From positions 57,040,001-57,104,000 of the forward strand of contig NC_043002.1 of the NCBI RefSeq assembly GCF_006345805.1: a stretch of 64,000 nucleotides of DNA, in the 5' to 3' direction. The DNA is from Octopus sinensis (taxonomy: Eukaryota). The translations under genes were made by a program, and so were the position numbers. The notes under the pieces were generated by a model. The model made no database searches and was not told the DNA's origin. It saw only the letters and a list, made by a program, of their open reading frames with translations. Positions 10,863 through 24,088 of the stretch are shown in pieces (positions within the stretch are counted from its first letter, which is position 1; each line of letters opens with the position of its first letter).

Positions 10863-11645
10863 TTGTCAAATATTATATATATATATATATATTTCAACAA
10901 TTGAGGGTAAAATTAATTAATTAATCAATTTCACCAAGTATTCAGTATGCAAAGGGACCATTTAAGGCGAATTCAAATTATTACATTATATAAAAGGGCT
11001 TAGTAAAATAAATTACTTTGCCGCATACTGATATATATATGAGATGTCTGCAAACTCGTGTTGGAGTATTGCCATCGCCTGATCGAAAGTCCCACACATG
11101 CGAAGACTACGACCAGCCATTTTTGTGATAGGTCTTGCTTTTTTTTGTCCAAGTGATACCCGTGCATAATGATTTTTTCATAATGGGGAAAGGATTTGCA
11201 CAAATCCAATCCCACTCATTTTAACATGGACAGCATAAACTCGAAAAGTAGAATTAGTCTACATCATCGAATATTGTCAATGTCGCAGGTCTTCTCTCAG
11301 AGTTTCCTTGTCCTAGCGAGGTGTTGTAACAACAACTGAGGCGCCTACCACTCCGAGTGGGCCAACCGATCGCCTGGACGCCAACCCAGATATTTCCACG
11401 TCCGTGCGCATGCATACATGCATTCATACACATGTACACATATTGTTAGATGGCCGTTGACTGCTCATGAGCCCTTCCGCCCATTAACAGGTCTTATTTT
11501 TCGTTCTGCAGGGTGTCCAAAAATCACCCTCCTCAACAAGCAAGCTTATTAGGGTTGCCAATTTAGTCGCCGACGACCCGACAATGCAACAAGTTTTACT
11601 GCGTTACACGTTACCAGTTGCACCCAAGAGCGACCTGACACTAAG

Positions 11646-11724
<79 letters not shown>

Positions 11725-13465
11725 ACATACATACATACATACATACATACATACATACATACATACATACACACATACATACATGCATGCATACATTCCA
11801 TGCATACATTCCATGCATACATTCCATGCATACATACATACATACAACATACATACTACATACATACATACTACATACATACATACATACGTACATACAT
11901 ACATACGTACATACATACATACTACATACATACATACATACACACATGATGGCCGTCCACTCGTGACCGAGGAATACCATTGCTGACCTTCAGGAACATT
12001 GTGCGCTCTAGGGCTAACTTTTATTTTGCATTTGCGGCTCCGTTGGTGGCTAATGACAAGTATACACGAATGCAAACATTGCAGACCAAGCTTTCCCCAT
12101 TCACTACACTAAAAGTGTGCTTTCGAGCAGCACGCTTAAATGCAGAATACATACATACACATACATACATACATACATACATACTACATACATACATACA
12201 TACATACATACATACATACATACATACATACATACATACATACATACATACATACATACATCATACATACATACATACATACATCCCGAAAGGATGAAGG
12301 CAAAGTTGACTTCAGTGGAATGTGAACTAAGAACGGAGCGACAGAAATCCAATCCATTACTGGAACTGTAAAAATCTGTAAAACTTTCCAGAAGTTTATC
12401 ATTTAAATATATATGAACATGTCAAGATATGTAACTATATGCATGAGAATACATACATAAAACATACAAATCTGTGCATACATACATACACAACATACAT
12501 ACATACTACATACATACATACATACATACATAACATACATACATACATACATACTACATACAACATACATACATACATACATACATACATACATACACAC
12601 ATACATACATGCATGCATACATTCCATGCATACATTCCATGCATACATTCCATGCATACATACATACATACATACATACATACATACATACATACATACA
12701 TACATACATACATACATACGTACGTACGTACGTACGTACGTACATACATGCATACATACATACACACATGATGGCCGTCCACTCGTGACCGAGGAATACC
12801 ATTGCTGACCTTCAGGAACATTGTGCGCTCTAGGGCTAACTTTTATTTTGCATTTGCGGCTCCGTTGGTGGCTAATGACAAGTATACACGAATGCAAACA
12901 TTGCAGACCAAGCTTTCCCCATTCACTACACTAAAAGTGTGCTTTCGAGCAGCACGCTTAAATGCAGAATACATACATACATACATACATACATACATAC
13001 ATACATACATACATACATACATACATACGTACATACATACATACATACATACATACATACATACATACATACATACATACATACATACATACATCCCGAA
13101 AGGATGAAAGGCAAAGTTGACTTCAGTGGAATGTGAACTAAGAACGGAGCGACAGAAATCCAATCCATTACTGGAACTGTAAAAATCTGTAAAACTTTCC
13201 AGAAGTTTATCATTTAAATATATATGAACATGTCAAGATATGTAACTATATGCATGAGAATACATACATAAAACATACAAATCTGTGCATACATACATAC
13301 ACAACATACATACATACATACATACATACATACATACATACATACATACATACATACATACATACATACATACAAAGAAACAAAAATACCCTGTTGTTGA
13401 TGTTGAAATTCCAATGAAGGAACCTTGGATCTAGGTTAGAAACCGATTCTTTCTCCATTGGCAAG
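11725..13465 (+). repeat. Tandem duplication of a ~820-bp composite unit ((TACA)n, unique block, SINE B fragment, RLE-LINE 3' end)
   Basis: CACACATGATGGCCGTCCACTCG...GCAGAATAC occurs at ~11941 and ~12763. QIQSITGTVKICKTFQKF-like LINE end occurs at ~12345 and ~13155. Confidence 0.88.
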
Positions 13466-13469
13466 AACG

Positions 13470-14610
13470 TCGTCGCACCTCCCCTCCACTAATCCTCTAT
13501 AGAACGCCTTTGGTCCCCGATGGCAGAGTTGCTTGGGAGCAAGGCCGCACTCGCGGTGCCTTTCGCCTAGCCTCGGTCTCTGATCCACGACTGCAGTTCG
13601 GCTAAGGAGACGAACTGCGCATCATCAACCACGACATACCCAGCCTTCCATTTAGCGAGTGTTGACAGTAAATGGATCGCCTAACCATCGGAACGCTTCC
13701 CTTCCACCAAAAGCGGAAGAGTATGCGTTCCAGTTTGGTGATGGTAGGGTCGGGACAAGGCACGACGGTCAGACAGTAATCGATGACGAAAGCAATGTAT
13801 GCATTCGCCACCTCCGCCCGATCTTTTAGGTATAGCTTCCTCTCAGCCCATTGCTGAGCGAGAGTGGCTACCCTACTCGTTATCTTGTCCCAGTTCTCCA
13901 TTTGGAGGTCCGGACCAAACCAAACCCCGAGCAATTTAACCGGTCCGTCGGTCCAGCGTCCCACGATGGAGACGCTGTTGGACGGCATGGGCTTGCTTTT
14001 CCAGGTGCCGAGCCGCAAGTCCACTGACTTTTCCCGGTTAATTTTCGCTCCCGTGACCACTTTGTATTCTTTTAGTAGCTCGACACTATGACGGTGATGT
14101 CGTCCGCGTAGGCAGACACGCTCGTCCCGCATCTCAGTTCTAGCGGGGTGCCCCTCAGCGTCGACAGCTTCCGCAGTAGTAACTCTAGAGCCAATACGTA
14201 TAGAAGCGACGAGAGGAGTCATCTTTGATGGATCGAACGCGTGATGCTAAATGGCCTGGACAGATGACTATTAACGCGAACTACCGAGCGAATGCCGCTG
14301 TATAAGGCAACGATCCAACCGCGGAAGACGGGACCGAAACCAGCCGCTCTAAGGACAGCCTCTGAGTAGCGATGGTCGACCCTGTCGAAAGCTTTCGATT
14401 GATCCAAATTGATCAGTGCCCCACCCATGCCAGGTTCCTTAACTACCATGTCTATGATGTAACGCATCAGATGGAGGTTGTCATGGATACTCTTGCCTGG
14501 TACGGTGCATGTTTGCGCCTTGTCGGCCAGTTTCTCGATGACACGCGCCAACCCCTCGGCTAGCACCTTGGCCAAAATCTTCAAATCTGCGTTGAGCAGT
14601 TATGGGCCTG
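13470..14610 (-). mobile_element. L1/Tx1-clade LINE reverse transcriptase fragment (internally deleted, 5' truncated)
   Basis: ORFs 14219-14584 (KILAKVLA..RL..AQTC.VPG.SIHDNL..LDQSKAFDRVDH) and 13602-14222 (GAKINREKS..VKLLGVWFG..LERILFRFWW..GRLGM) are typical L1/Tx1 ORF2 segments. Confidence 0.88.
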
Positions 14611-15169
14611 AAGTTATCTTTGACGTTCTCCTTGTTTGGATTATTGCCAATTCCTATAGCTGGTTTTTATGCTACCTTGAGCTTTCTCTTAGGTTATATT
14701 ATAGTATATTCTCTATTTAGTTTTGTAACAGTAATGTAATGCTATTTATTGTTTTCTATTGGGAAATAGATTATTTTATTTGGCTTTTTTGAGTAAGGGT
14801 GAATATAATGATTGAACGTCACTTATAACTTAAGTGTTATCATTATACACAAATCCGAAGTACAGTATATAACGTCATAGAGAAATATACTCATAAAACA
14901 CTATGAATATTAACGACATGTATGTATAATATTTTCTTAGTGTTCATTTAACCGCTATAAGAAAATATAATTTAATGATTACAGAAATGCATATATAAAA
15001 CAAACGTGAAGAGAAACATTTTCTTAATTAGTTTTATTATATAAATATAACATTTTATATTATTTACATTAGAAAGGAAAGACAATTTTCGTCGTGTAGA
15101 AGTACGACTATATATTCATTAACTAATTCGTAAATCTAACTAATAAATTAATCAACAAATCAAAATAGA

Positions 15170-15862
15170 CTTGTGATTATTTTCTTTGGACATGGCATAA
15201 AATCACCAATGTTTCAAAGGGGTGAGTGTCGTGGAGTTCAGTTACATCCAACAAAACACTAAAGTTTTTCCCAAAATCCAGGGTTTTTATAACTGCTCAA
15301 CTTGACTTAAAAGAATCGAAATCCATTACAGGATCACCGGAAGAAGGTTATGCTTTCAGTTTGCTGAGACTGGAAGGGTATTGTCTTTTACAAGCCTCTT
15401 TCTACAGAGAGAAGCATAATTTCGAAAGTGTGCATCGACCAGCTGGACAAATTAAACCCAGCGATCCACCAGAAGCGTCCAGCACTTGCTAATCGTAAGG
15501 GCGTTATCTTCCGTCCCGATAATGCCAGACCGCACGCTTCTTTGCTGACGCGGTAGAAGTTACCTGGGCTTGGCTGGGAGGTCTTGCCGCATCTTCCATA
15601 TTCGCCCTACCTTGCGCCCTTCAGACCTCCGTCTGCTTCGTTGACTGACCAAACCTTCAACTCTGAAGAAGAGGTAAAAATTCACCTGGAAGAGTTTTTG
15701 CCAGTAAAGACAGGAAATTCTTTGAGCAAGGAATAATGTATCGGCTTACAAGACGGCAGAAGATACCAGAACGAAACTAATTATACAATTGATTGAATAA
15801 ATCGCTTTGTGTTTAAAATTGTATCTTTCGTTTAAAAATCCGAACGCAACTTTTGCCAACTC
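15170..15862 (+). mobile_element. Decayed mariner transposase fragment
   Basis: Frameshifted reading gives KKVMLSVC*DWKGIVF...DQLDKL..AIHQKRPALANRKGVIFRPDNARPH...LGWEVLPHLPYSPYLAPSD. Confidence 0.8.
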
Positions 15863-15887
15863 AGTGTGTGTGTGTGTGTGTCTGTGT

Positions 15888-15904
<17 letters not shown>

Positions 15905-15928
<24 letters not shown>

Positions 15929-16085
15929 CCCGTAACTTAGCGATTCAGCAAAAGACACCGATAGGGTAGGTACCAAACTTTCAAAAAGTTAAGTACTGGG
16001 GTCGGTCTGTTCGACTAAAACCCTTTAAGGGGATGCCCTAGCATGACCGCAGTCCAAAGACTGAAACAAGTAAAAGATAAAACGA
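15905..16085 (+). mobile_element. 3' half of SINE family A
   Basis: CTTAGCGATTCAGCAAAAGACACCGATAG...CAGCATGACCGCAGTC..GAAACAAGTAAAAG. Confidence 0.7.
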
Positions 16086-16349
16086 TCATGACCAAGCTAT
16101 TAGTCGCCATGTAACAGAATAAGTCTAGCCTAGAGGTGTCTGCCCTCGGGCAGATCCTGTGCGCGTGAACCTTCCCCATCCCTTCCTATACAAACTGGGA
16201 GGGCCCGTATCCTCTCCTACTGCCGTCAAGTAGATTACTGGTACTTCGGCTCCCGCGGTTAGATGTAGGATGAATACTAGAGTGGTTACCCATTGCCTTC
16301 TCCAGGCAGGTGGGATTTGAACTCAGAAAGTAATGAGTCAGAAAATGCA

Positions 16350-16762
16350 GCAAGCTAGCAGAAACGTTTGCACGCCGGGCGAAATGCGTAGCCGTATTTC
16401 GTCTGCCGTTACGTTCTTTGTTCAAATTCCGCCGAGGTCGACTTTGCCTTTAATCCTTTCGGGGGTCGATTAAATAAGTACCAGTCACACACTGGGGTCG
16501 ATATAATCGACTTAATCCGTTTGTCTGTCCTCGTTTGTCCTCTCAGTGTTTAGCCCCTTGTGGGTAGTAAAGAAATAGGTATTTCGTCTGTTTTTACGTT
16601 TTGAGTTCAAATTCCGCCGTGGTCGACTTTGCCTTTCATCCTTTCGGGGTCGATAAATTAAGTACCAGTTACGCACTGGGGTCGATGTAATCGACTTAAT
16701 CCCTTTGTCCGTCCTTGTTTGTCCCCTCTATGTTTAGCCCCTTGTGGGCAATAAAGAAATAA
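16350..16762 (+). mobile_element. Two tandem copies of short SINE-like family B
   Basis: TTCAAATTCCGCCG.GGTCGACTTTGCCTTT.ATCCTTTCGGGGTCGAT...AATAAAGAAAT is repeated with a ~180-bp period. Confidence 0.8.
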
Positions 16763-16824
16763 GTAATGAGTCAGAAGGTATATTGAAAAGCATTTCTGCC
16801 CATGTGCCAACAAACCTGTTACTC

Positions 16825-17650
16825 TCCTACCCGCTGAGCAACGTGAAATGAAGAGTTTTGCTCAAGAACACAACGCACAGCTCGGCCCGGGAACCGAACG
16901 TACGAACTGGCGATCGTGAACACAACGCTTTCACCACAAGGCTACAACGGTATCAGTAACATCAGCCAATCAATGTTGTCTCCGTGAAATACATTTGTCG
17001 GCAAACACGAAAGTATTAAGTGTCATGATTTTTTACAGTTAAATTATATAAACAAGTAAATAGCACTTTCTCGAATCAGGATGGCATATATCTGAAACTA
17101 GGTGACATTACAACATGTTATACGATACGGCGTAAAACAAAGCTAGATAAAAGAAAAAAAAAAGCCAAATAACTATGCCTGATAACACTGTTATCTTATA
17201 TATGATAGAATTACTTAACGCGCGCGCACACACACACAGACCACAGGTAAATTGGCCGTAGGAGCTGTATTAGAACACAATACTAATCACTGGCGTAGTT
17301 CACCCTGACTAATTAAAGAAAAAAAAAACTGACTCTCCGTCGATGGCGACGATGAGTGTTCTAGTTGATCCGATCGACGGAACAGCCTGTTCGTGAAATT
17401 TATGTGCAAGCTACTGAGCCCTCCATAGACACGCGTACCCTTAACGTAGTTCTCGGGGAGATTAAGCATGACACAAAATGTGACAAGGATAGCCCCCTTT
17501 GAATTGCAGGTACAATGCGTTTTTGTCAGGTGAGTGGACTGGAGCAACGTGAAATAAAGTGTCTTGCTCAAGGACACAACGCGCTGCCGGGAATCGAACT
17601 CTTGACCTTAAAATCGTGAGCCGAATGCCCTAACCACTAAGCCACACACC
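16825..17650 (-). mobile_element. tRNA-head SINE family C with a V/Meta/CORE-like central box (copies 16825-16945 and 17285-17650)
   Basis: GCAACGTGAAATAAAGTGTCTTGCTCAAGGACACAAC box plus the tRNA head (GGGAATCGAAC...CTAACCACTAAGCCA) on the minus strand. Confidence 0.72.
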
Positions 17651-17821
17651 ATCTCATCCTGGGTATTAGCGTGAAGAGGCCTGGATGAGTTAATTTCTAA
17701 TTACTTTTATCTGACGTCAACGTTCAGTTGAACTTTCAAATCGTGCCAGAAGGAAAGCTAATAAGACTCACAAATAATGATTGCTCCATCTTGTCAGATG
17801 ACAGTCGTCTCACATCCACAA

Positions 17822-18160
17822 TCGTATTTGTTTGTTTGTCTGTCTGTCTGTCCGTGGACAAGATATTTCAAAAAGCCTTGGATGGATTCGAATGAAACTT
17901 TCAGGGATGTTTGGCCTCGCGACTAGCACAAACTGATTAGATTTTGGGATCGATCCGGTACCGGACAAGGATTCTGGATTATTTTCCTGTTTTTTATACT
18001 TAATTTTTGAGAGAGGTCGGATTCATTTTTAGTATTCTCGTTTGCGAGGGCAGTCGAGTTTATTTCAGATATTCTCATTTTAAAAATCATTTCTGGCTAA
18101 TCGTTGAAAGGACGTTGGTGTTGCCTTGGCGGAGGTTTGCGCTCTCTGAGTGCTCTTGTT
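17822..18160 (+). mobile_element. Helentron-associated (DINE/HINE-like) non-autonomous element
   Basis: (TGTC)n start, ATGAAACTTTCAGG, GATTTTGGGATCGATCCGG, and the terminal GCCTTGGCGGAGGTTTGCGCTCTCTGAGTGCTCTTGTT typical of HINE-like elements (recognised from memory). Confidence 0.5.
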
Positions 18161-18355
18161 AACATCTATTTTCATCATTGCATGTGTACAATCCATCGCC
18201 ATAGGACATCATAAAATACGAAACGGATCAGGAAATGAATGGACAGTGAGACATCTGTATGGCGTTGGATCTAAGTGAGAAAAGCTCCTACAACACTTTT
18301 GCCACTCTCTCGCTCGACACAGTCAGTTCCAGTGACAAGCATTGCATGTGGATTA

Positions 18356-18560
18356 CAGTAATCCATCGACTATCGCGGGTGTTACGTTCCAAAACCACCC
18401 AGAGAAATAATTAAAATCTAAAAAAATACAAATATCTATCGGCCGCAGAAATCCGCATATACTGAGGAGTCCGCGATATAAATTTACATATATTAGCCAA
18501 AAAAATCCGCGATGCACAGAGTGCGCGATAGGTGAACCGCGATATGGCGAGAGATTACTG
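18356..18560. mobile_element. pogo/Tigger-type MITE
   Basis: TIRs CAGTAATCCATCGACTATCGCGG / CCGCGATATGGCGAGAGATTACTG, flanked by TA on both sides. Confidence 0.8.
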
Positions 18561-18660
18561 TATTTTGACTGTTTTATTTCAGAGGATCTTTTCTCCTAGA
18601 AGAGCTGCTTTTCCCACGGCTTTGTCAAAAATAACGGAAGGTTTTTCTACCCCTGAAGAG

Positions 18661-18692
<32 letters not shown>

Positions 18693-18876
18693 GTATATAT
18701 CGAAAGGGAGAGAAGGGGTAAGACCGTTAAAGTGAACGAAAACGGGAGAGAACACACAAGAAATAAAACTGAGTATTGACAGAGTGAAATCTGATGTATA
18801 CATAAATGATTACACATATTGTATACCAATAGTTCACACGCACACACACACACACATGCACACACACACACACACA

Positions 18877-18909
<33 letters not shown>

Positions 18910-19048
18910 GTAAAGTGCAGATGTGAGTGTACATCGGAGTTACTAAGTGTAGTGGTAAGCTGTGAAGGATCACCATATGCAATGTACTAATGTAAGGTTC
19001 TCGCGGCAGAGGTACCAATCGTATCGTACAGATGAAAGGTTATTTGGT

Positions 19049-19818
19049 ACTAGCGGGACCCGTGAATATTTCACGGAATTTATGGTAAACCTATTGGGTT
19101 ATTTCTGAAAACATTATCCAAAAAATCTGAAAGCGTATCATGTGTTGTGTATGTATGGAAAGACAGTCGTTCATCTGCTACTCATTGAAAAGTGAAAGAA
19201 ATTGGAATACAATGATTACTTAATGCACTTTATATATACACTTAATATACTTTATGCACAATTTTATAGACTTGATACACAGCACTCATAAAATAAATAT
19301 TCACTTTTATTTTCCCATTTTTACCATAAAAAACTACTCCGTACATATGATACAACCTTTAGTTAAATTGCTTATATCTGTCACGTAAACAAGCGTGAAT
19401 ATTTCACGGAATTGCGCTTATGCACATGCGCTAAGTGATAGGTGAAATAAAAAGCTTCGTTCAATTGAAAAAAATCAATCACTATCCAATCACCACCACC
19501 ACCACCATCATCTCTTTCTCCTCTTCACTTTCTTCCTCCTTCCTCCTCTCTCTCTCCCCTCCCTCTCTGCCTTTCTTTAGCCTCACCATCAGAATATCAT
19601 CCCCTGCTAAAATTATATCTCTAACTCTCTCTATATCACTACATCCAACTAACTTTTTAACCACGTAATAAATATTACGTTCTCCCTACCTCACGTCATG
19701 AATGTTTCTCTCTCCCTCTTTTTCTTTCTCCCTCTTTCTGTCTCAGCCTTCGCCTTGTCTTCTTTTTCTCTAACTACGTGAAAGCGTTACCGACGGGATA
19801 AGTAACGGAATGACAAGC
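19049..19818 (+). mobile_element. Helitron-like insertion inside LTR A
   Basis: Absent from LTR B. It starts near ACTAGCGGGACCCGTGAATATTTCACGG, and part of this motif recurs at ~19396. Confidence 0.4.
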
Positions 19819-21069
19819 AAAATCATTATAAGATAGAAATAACGATTCTCGTTCCGCGTCGTTATATGTAAATAGTCGAAAGTAGGATGAAACAGCATAA
19901 TAACAACATCGAAGAGGAAAGGAATTATATTCACCAATTATTTGCCGGCATTTGCTAGTTAAATATACATAGTACTAAGTGACGTTTTGATGGCTCGCTG
20001 GTAGTTGGTAGCTGTGTCAGCTGAGAGAGAAAGAGGAAAAAAGGGTGAGGATTGCGTTGTCCCTTTCCATTCAGTCGATGCTGTGCGCGAAGCCAACTGG
20101 TCCAGGCTGGAGGTCTGCCAACCGAAGAGGGCGAAAGAGAGATGGTGCTAGTTATATAGGGAATGGCCCGGAAGTAGGTCAAGCCTAAAACAAAGGACTG
20201 CACCTTTAGGGACCAGCAACGGTCCTAGGAGGTCAGATGTTTCGCATTAATCTCCCAGCACGGAGACAGAACACAAAGGAATCAGACAGTCGTCTGACAA
20301 GCAACAAGGGTGTAGATTGGGTTTCGAATCTCAGGTGGGGGCTAAGTGATTTCCTATACTACTCCCCCCGTAGAGGGTTTCTAAAAAAAGAATTGAACGA
20401 ACTTGGAGTGCATGTGTACCAGTAATGAAAAATCGAAACAATGTGCAACATGCCGAAAAACCATGTGAATAATTTTTGGCAGAGGTGTGCCTGTAGTGTG
20501 AAAGTGGCTTGAAAGAAGTGCAGAGACTTAGTGTGTCTGGCATTGTGGTCGTGTACATTTACTGTGGGTAAGCAAGACGATAAAGGGTGAGTGACATGCT
20601 GGCGCGTTGAGATAGACAGGCAAACCTTATGTATATAGTGACCAGCCTGGGGTCTTACTGAAGGGCAAAAAAGTTGAATTGGCATACACACGAAGAAACA
20701 AGGCAGTTGAGGCACAATTGAGGTGCGTGTACGTATCTGGGTGCAGGTATGAAACATTGCAGTCATTTATGAGCAAACATGTAGCGAAGGGGGAAAAACA
20801 TGCGATCGAAAGAAGTGTATGTGTGTGCATGAAAACACGTAACGGCCAGAGACAAAAAACTATAAAAATATGGAACATTTAAAAACATATGCACATGGAT
20901 TAGTTGTTTTCGCGGAATTGAGTGTGCTACTTATAAACAAATAAGATGGATGCAGAACAGAAAGCGTAATAAACAGTGCAAAATTTAAAAACGAAAGTAG
21001 TACAAACTTGACTGGCATGAGTGCCCCGATTCTGAAATGATAAAAATTTATCACTGAAATGCAAGAAAA

Positions 21070-21455
21070 ATATGTGGCAAGTAGCTTGCTTACGAACCAC
21101 ATGGTTCCGGGTTCTGTCCCACTGCGTGGCACCTTGGGCAAGTGTCTTCTACTATAGCCTCGGGCGGACCAAAGCCCTGTTAGTGGATTTGGTAGACGGA
21201 AACTGAAAGAAGCCCGTCGTAGATATGTATATATATGTATGTTTGTGTGTCTGTGTTTGTCCCCCCAACATCGCTTGACAACCGATGCTGATGTGTTTAC
21301 GTCTCCGTTACTTAGCGGTTCGGCAAAAGAGACCGATAGAATAAGTACTAGCCTTACAAAGAATAAGACCTGGGGTCGATTTGTTCGACTAAAGGCGGTA
21401 CTCCAGCATGGCCACAGTCAAATGACTGAAACAAGTAAAAGAGAGTAAAAGAGAG
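21070..21455 (+). mobile_element. SINE family A inside the LTR element internal region
   Basis: Full match to the family consensus, with CpGs retained. Confidence 0.87.
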
Positions 21456-22431
21456 CATGTGAAGAAACGTTCTAGTGTCCAATAGTCTGGGTGTACGACA
21501 GTTCGAGTAGCATGCAGGTTAAATGCAGGATTCGAGCGAAAAGTTTGTGGCTGCCGAAAACGTTGTGCGTACGGGTAGTTTTTGAGTGGATTGCTGTAGA
21601 AACGTTGCGTTTGCAGGCTTCCATAGTGTCAAGGAATTCTTTGGAGTTCTTTTTCTTCGGGTATAACGAAGGGTGAAGCGAAACCAGTAATTCATTTGAC
21701 GGGGTCACAAAATGTAGCGGTTAAATGTGACGACTGTTCAAGTGAAGGCTGCAATTCTTTAGCTGGAGGTCATTAAATGTAACGGTGCAGTTGTGAGTAC
21801 ATCGGAGTTACTAAGTGATGTAAAGGGTTACCATATGCAATGTACGGATGTAAGGTTCTCACGCCGGAGATACCAATCGTGTGGTACAGAAGAAAAATCA
21901 TTATAAGATAGAAATAACGATTCTTGTTCCGCGTCGTTATATGTAAGTAGTCGAAAGTAGGATGAAACAGCATAATAACAACATCGAATAGGAAAGGAAT
22001 TATATTCACCAATTATTTGCCGGCATTTGCTAGTTAAATATACATAGTACTAATTGACGTTTTGATGGCTCGCTGGTAGAACGTGTGACCTGCGCGCTCA
22101 GCTGAAAGAAAAAGAGGAAGAAAGGGTGAGGATTGCGTTGTCCCTTTCCATTCAGCCGATGCTGTGCGCGAAGCCAATTGGTCCAGGCTGGAGGTCTGCC
22201 AACCGAAGAGGGCGAAAGAGAGATGGTGTTAGTTATATAGGGAATGGCCCGGACGTAGGTCAAGCCTAAAACAAAGGACTTTAGTGACCAGCAAAGGTCA
22301 TAGGAGGTCAGATGTTTCGCATTAATCCCCCAGCATGGAGACAGAACACAAAGGAATCAGACAGTCGTCTGACAAGCAACAAGTGTGTAGATTGGGTTTC
22401 GAATCTCAATTAGGCGACGCGACGCGATCTC

Positions 22432-22462
<31 letters not shown>

Positions 22463-22562
22463 TGTATGTATGTATGTATGCATGCATGCATGTATGCATG
22501 TATGCATGTATGTATGTATGTATGTATGTATGTATGTATGTATGTATGTATGTATGTATGTA

Positions 22563-23807
22563 TAGGGTGCGGACGGTATTTGAGGACAGATCTATGGTTA
22601 AAAAAAGCGCTTATATAATAACAAAAAAAAACTATATTTTTATAAAAATAACATAAACATTAAGCTAAACAATCAGTTTAATAATTTCACTCAATAAAAC
22701 CATCATAAGCATCAATAATTGCCTCCATGCGGGGTCAAAATCGTTTATAAGCTGGGATTAAGTGGTCCTTGTTCATATCAGACTTGACGCAAACTATGGC
22801 GGCTTTCAAAAAAATTTGGTGCTATGGGGGTGTTCATTGACATTTTTCTCAGCGATGCTTCATACATAGTAGTCCAGTGAATTGAGATCTGGAGAATTAG
22901 GAGGCCAAATGTTGGGGGTGATGCAAATTGTCGGCCATCCTTTTTTATTGTCATTTGAGCGTTGTGTGATGGTGCAGAATCTTGTTGAAAGACATAAGGC
23001 TTTCCACTGCATACACTGTTGATCCAAGGTTTAATAACTTTATCCAGAACCTCAATATACGCAGCAGCATGGAAAAAAGTGAAGAGGCATCACATGTCCT
23101 TCATTGCTGACAACACCCAAAACTTTAACACTTGCATGAAATTTTGTGTGTATCACTCTTGGAACCTCAGAAAGGTTTGCACATAGCTATCTGTCATTTC
23201 TTCTGTTAGTTTTCTGGTCCTGGTTAAAGTTTTTCCCATCTAAAAAAAAAAAAAAAAAAAAAGCAAATCACATCATCTTCCGATGGATTTTAAAGTTTTT
23301 CAAAAGTCTTTTGTATCTGATGAAACGGTTTTCTTTTGCTTTTTCTGATAAGAATTTATTTCTCCTCATCACGTAAGATTTGTATCTGATGTCTTCCTGC
23401 ATAACATTTCTAAATGTTTTTTTCTGACACACGAAATTTGTTTTTGCAATTGACCTCATTGATTTTCCTAGATTCTCTTCACTGTTTTGCTTAACTTCCT
23501 GAATAAATTCAGGCGTGCTGCTAAAATCAGAGTGTTTGGAATGCTTTGTACGTTTTGATACAGGTAATACGCTTCCATCTTCTTTCTCTAACACACCGAA
23601 TCTGGTGGACAGAAGATCTTGCAACTTTCAGAAAACGAGAATTTTTTAAATCACCAAGCTTAGCCTTCAAAGCCACAATCACAGCAGGCTTTTTCATTTC
23701 ACGCGGAAGCATTGTTATTTTCATTAGTAAACATTGTTATTTACTGAAATAGAAGTTCAATAAAAGTTAGTCAAATAAAATAATGACTAAATACCGTCCG
23801 CACTCTG
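22563..23807 (-). mobile_element. Full-length decayed Tc1/mariner-superfamily element (maT/DD37D-like)
   Basis: TIRs TAGGGTGCGGACGGTATTT / AAATACCGTCCGCACTCTG (17/19) with TA flanks; length 1245 bp. Minus-strand transposase pieces include KSMRSIAK...DIRYKSYVMRR..FLSEKAKENR and PNIWPPNSPDLNSLDY. Confidence 0.87.
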
Positions 23808-23814
23808 TATAATA

Positions 23815-24088
23815 TGATGGACTCCCATCGAAGAGGACGTGTGAGCGTTCAGCTATTGCCGGACGAGCTGCACAAGTGATGATTTGTTTAGAGTGATCAA
23901 ATGTTCGTGCTACACAGCTCACTTCCTCCACCAAATCGACGTTGTCTGAACAGCTGCACTGTGTACCACGTGACAGGTGTCAACGTGATCGCTGAGCTCA
24001 AGAACACAACGCGCCGCCCGGTCTAGGAATTGAAACCGCGATCACGCGATCGTGAGTGAAATAACCTAACCACTAGGCCATGTGTTCT
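23815..24088 (-). mobile_element. SINE family C
   Basis: CTCAAGAACACAAC box and GGAATTGAAACC...CCTAACCACTAGGCCA tRNA-like head. Confidence 0.65.

Larger units (their letters stand above)
18909..22408 (+). mobile_element. Non-autonomous LTR retroelement relic: LTR A 18909-20333 (with a ~790-bp insertion at 19033-19818), internal region 20334-21777, LTR B 21778-22408
   Basis: ~630-bp direct repeats with (T/C)GTAA...TCTCA ends; similarity stops right after TCTCA. TGGGGGCT at 20336-20343 matches the start of a tRNA-Pro PBS. Confidence 0.65.

Noticed and set aside
16420-16762. Direct repeats resembling a CRISPR-like array
   Set aside because: These are ~180-bp tandem SINE copies in a eukaryotic context, with no spacers and no cas genes.
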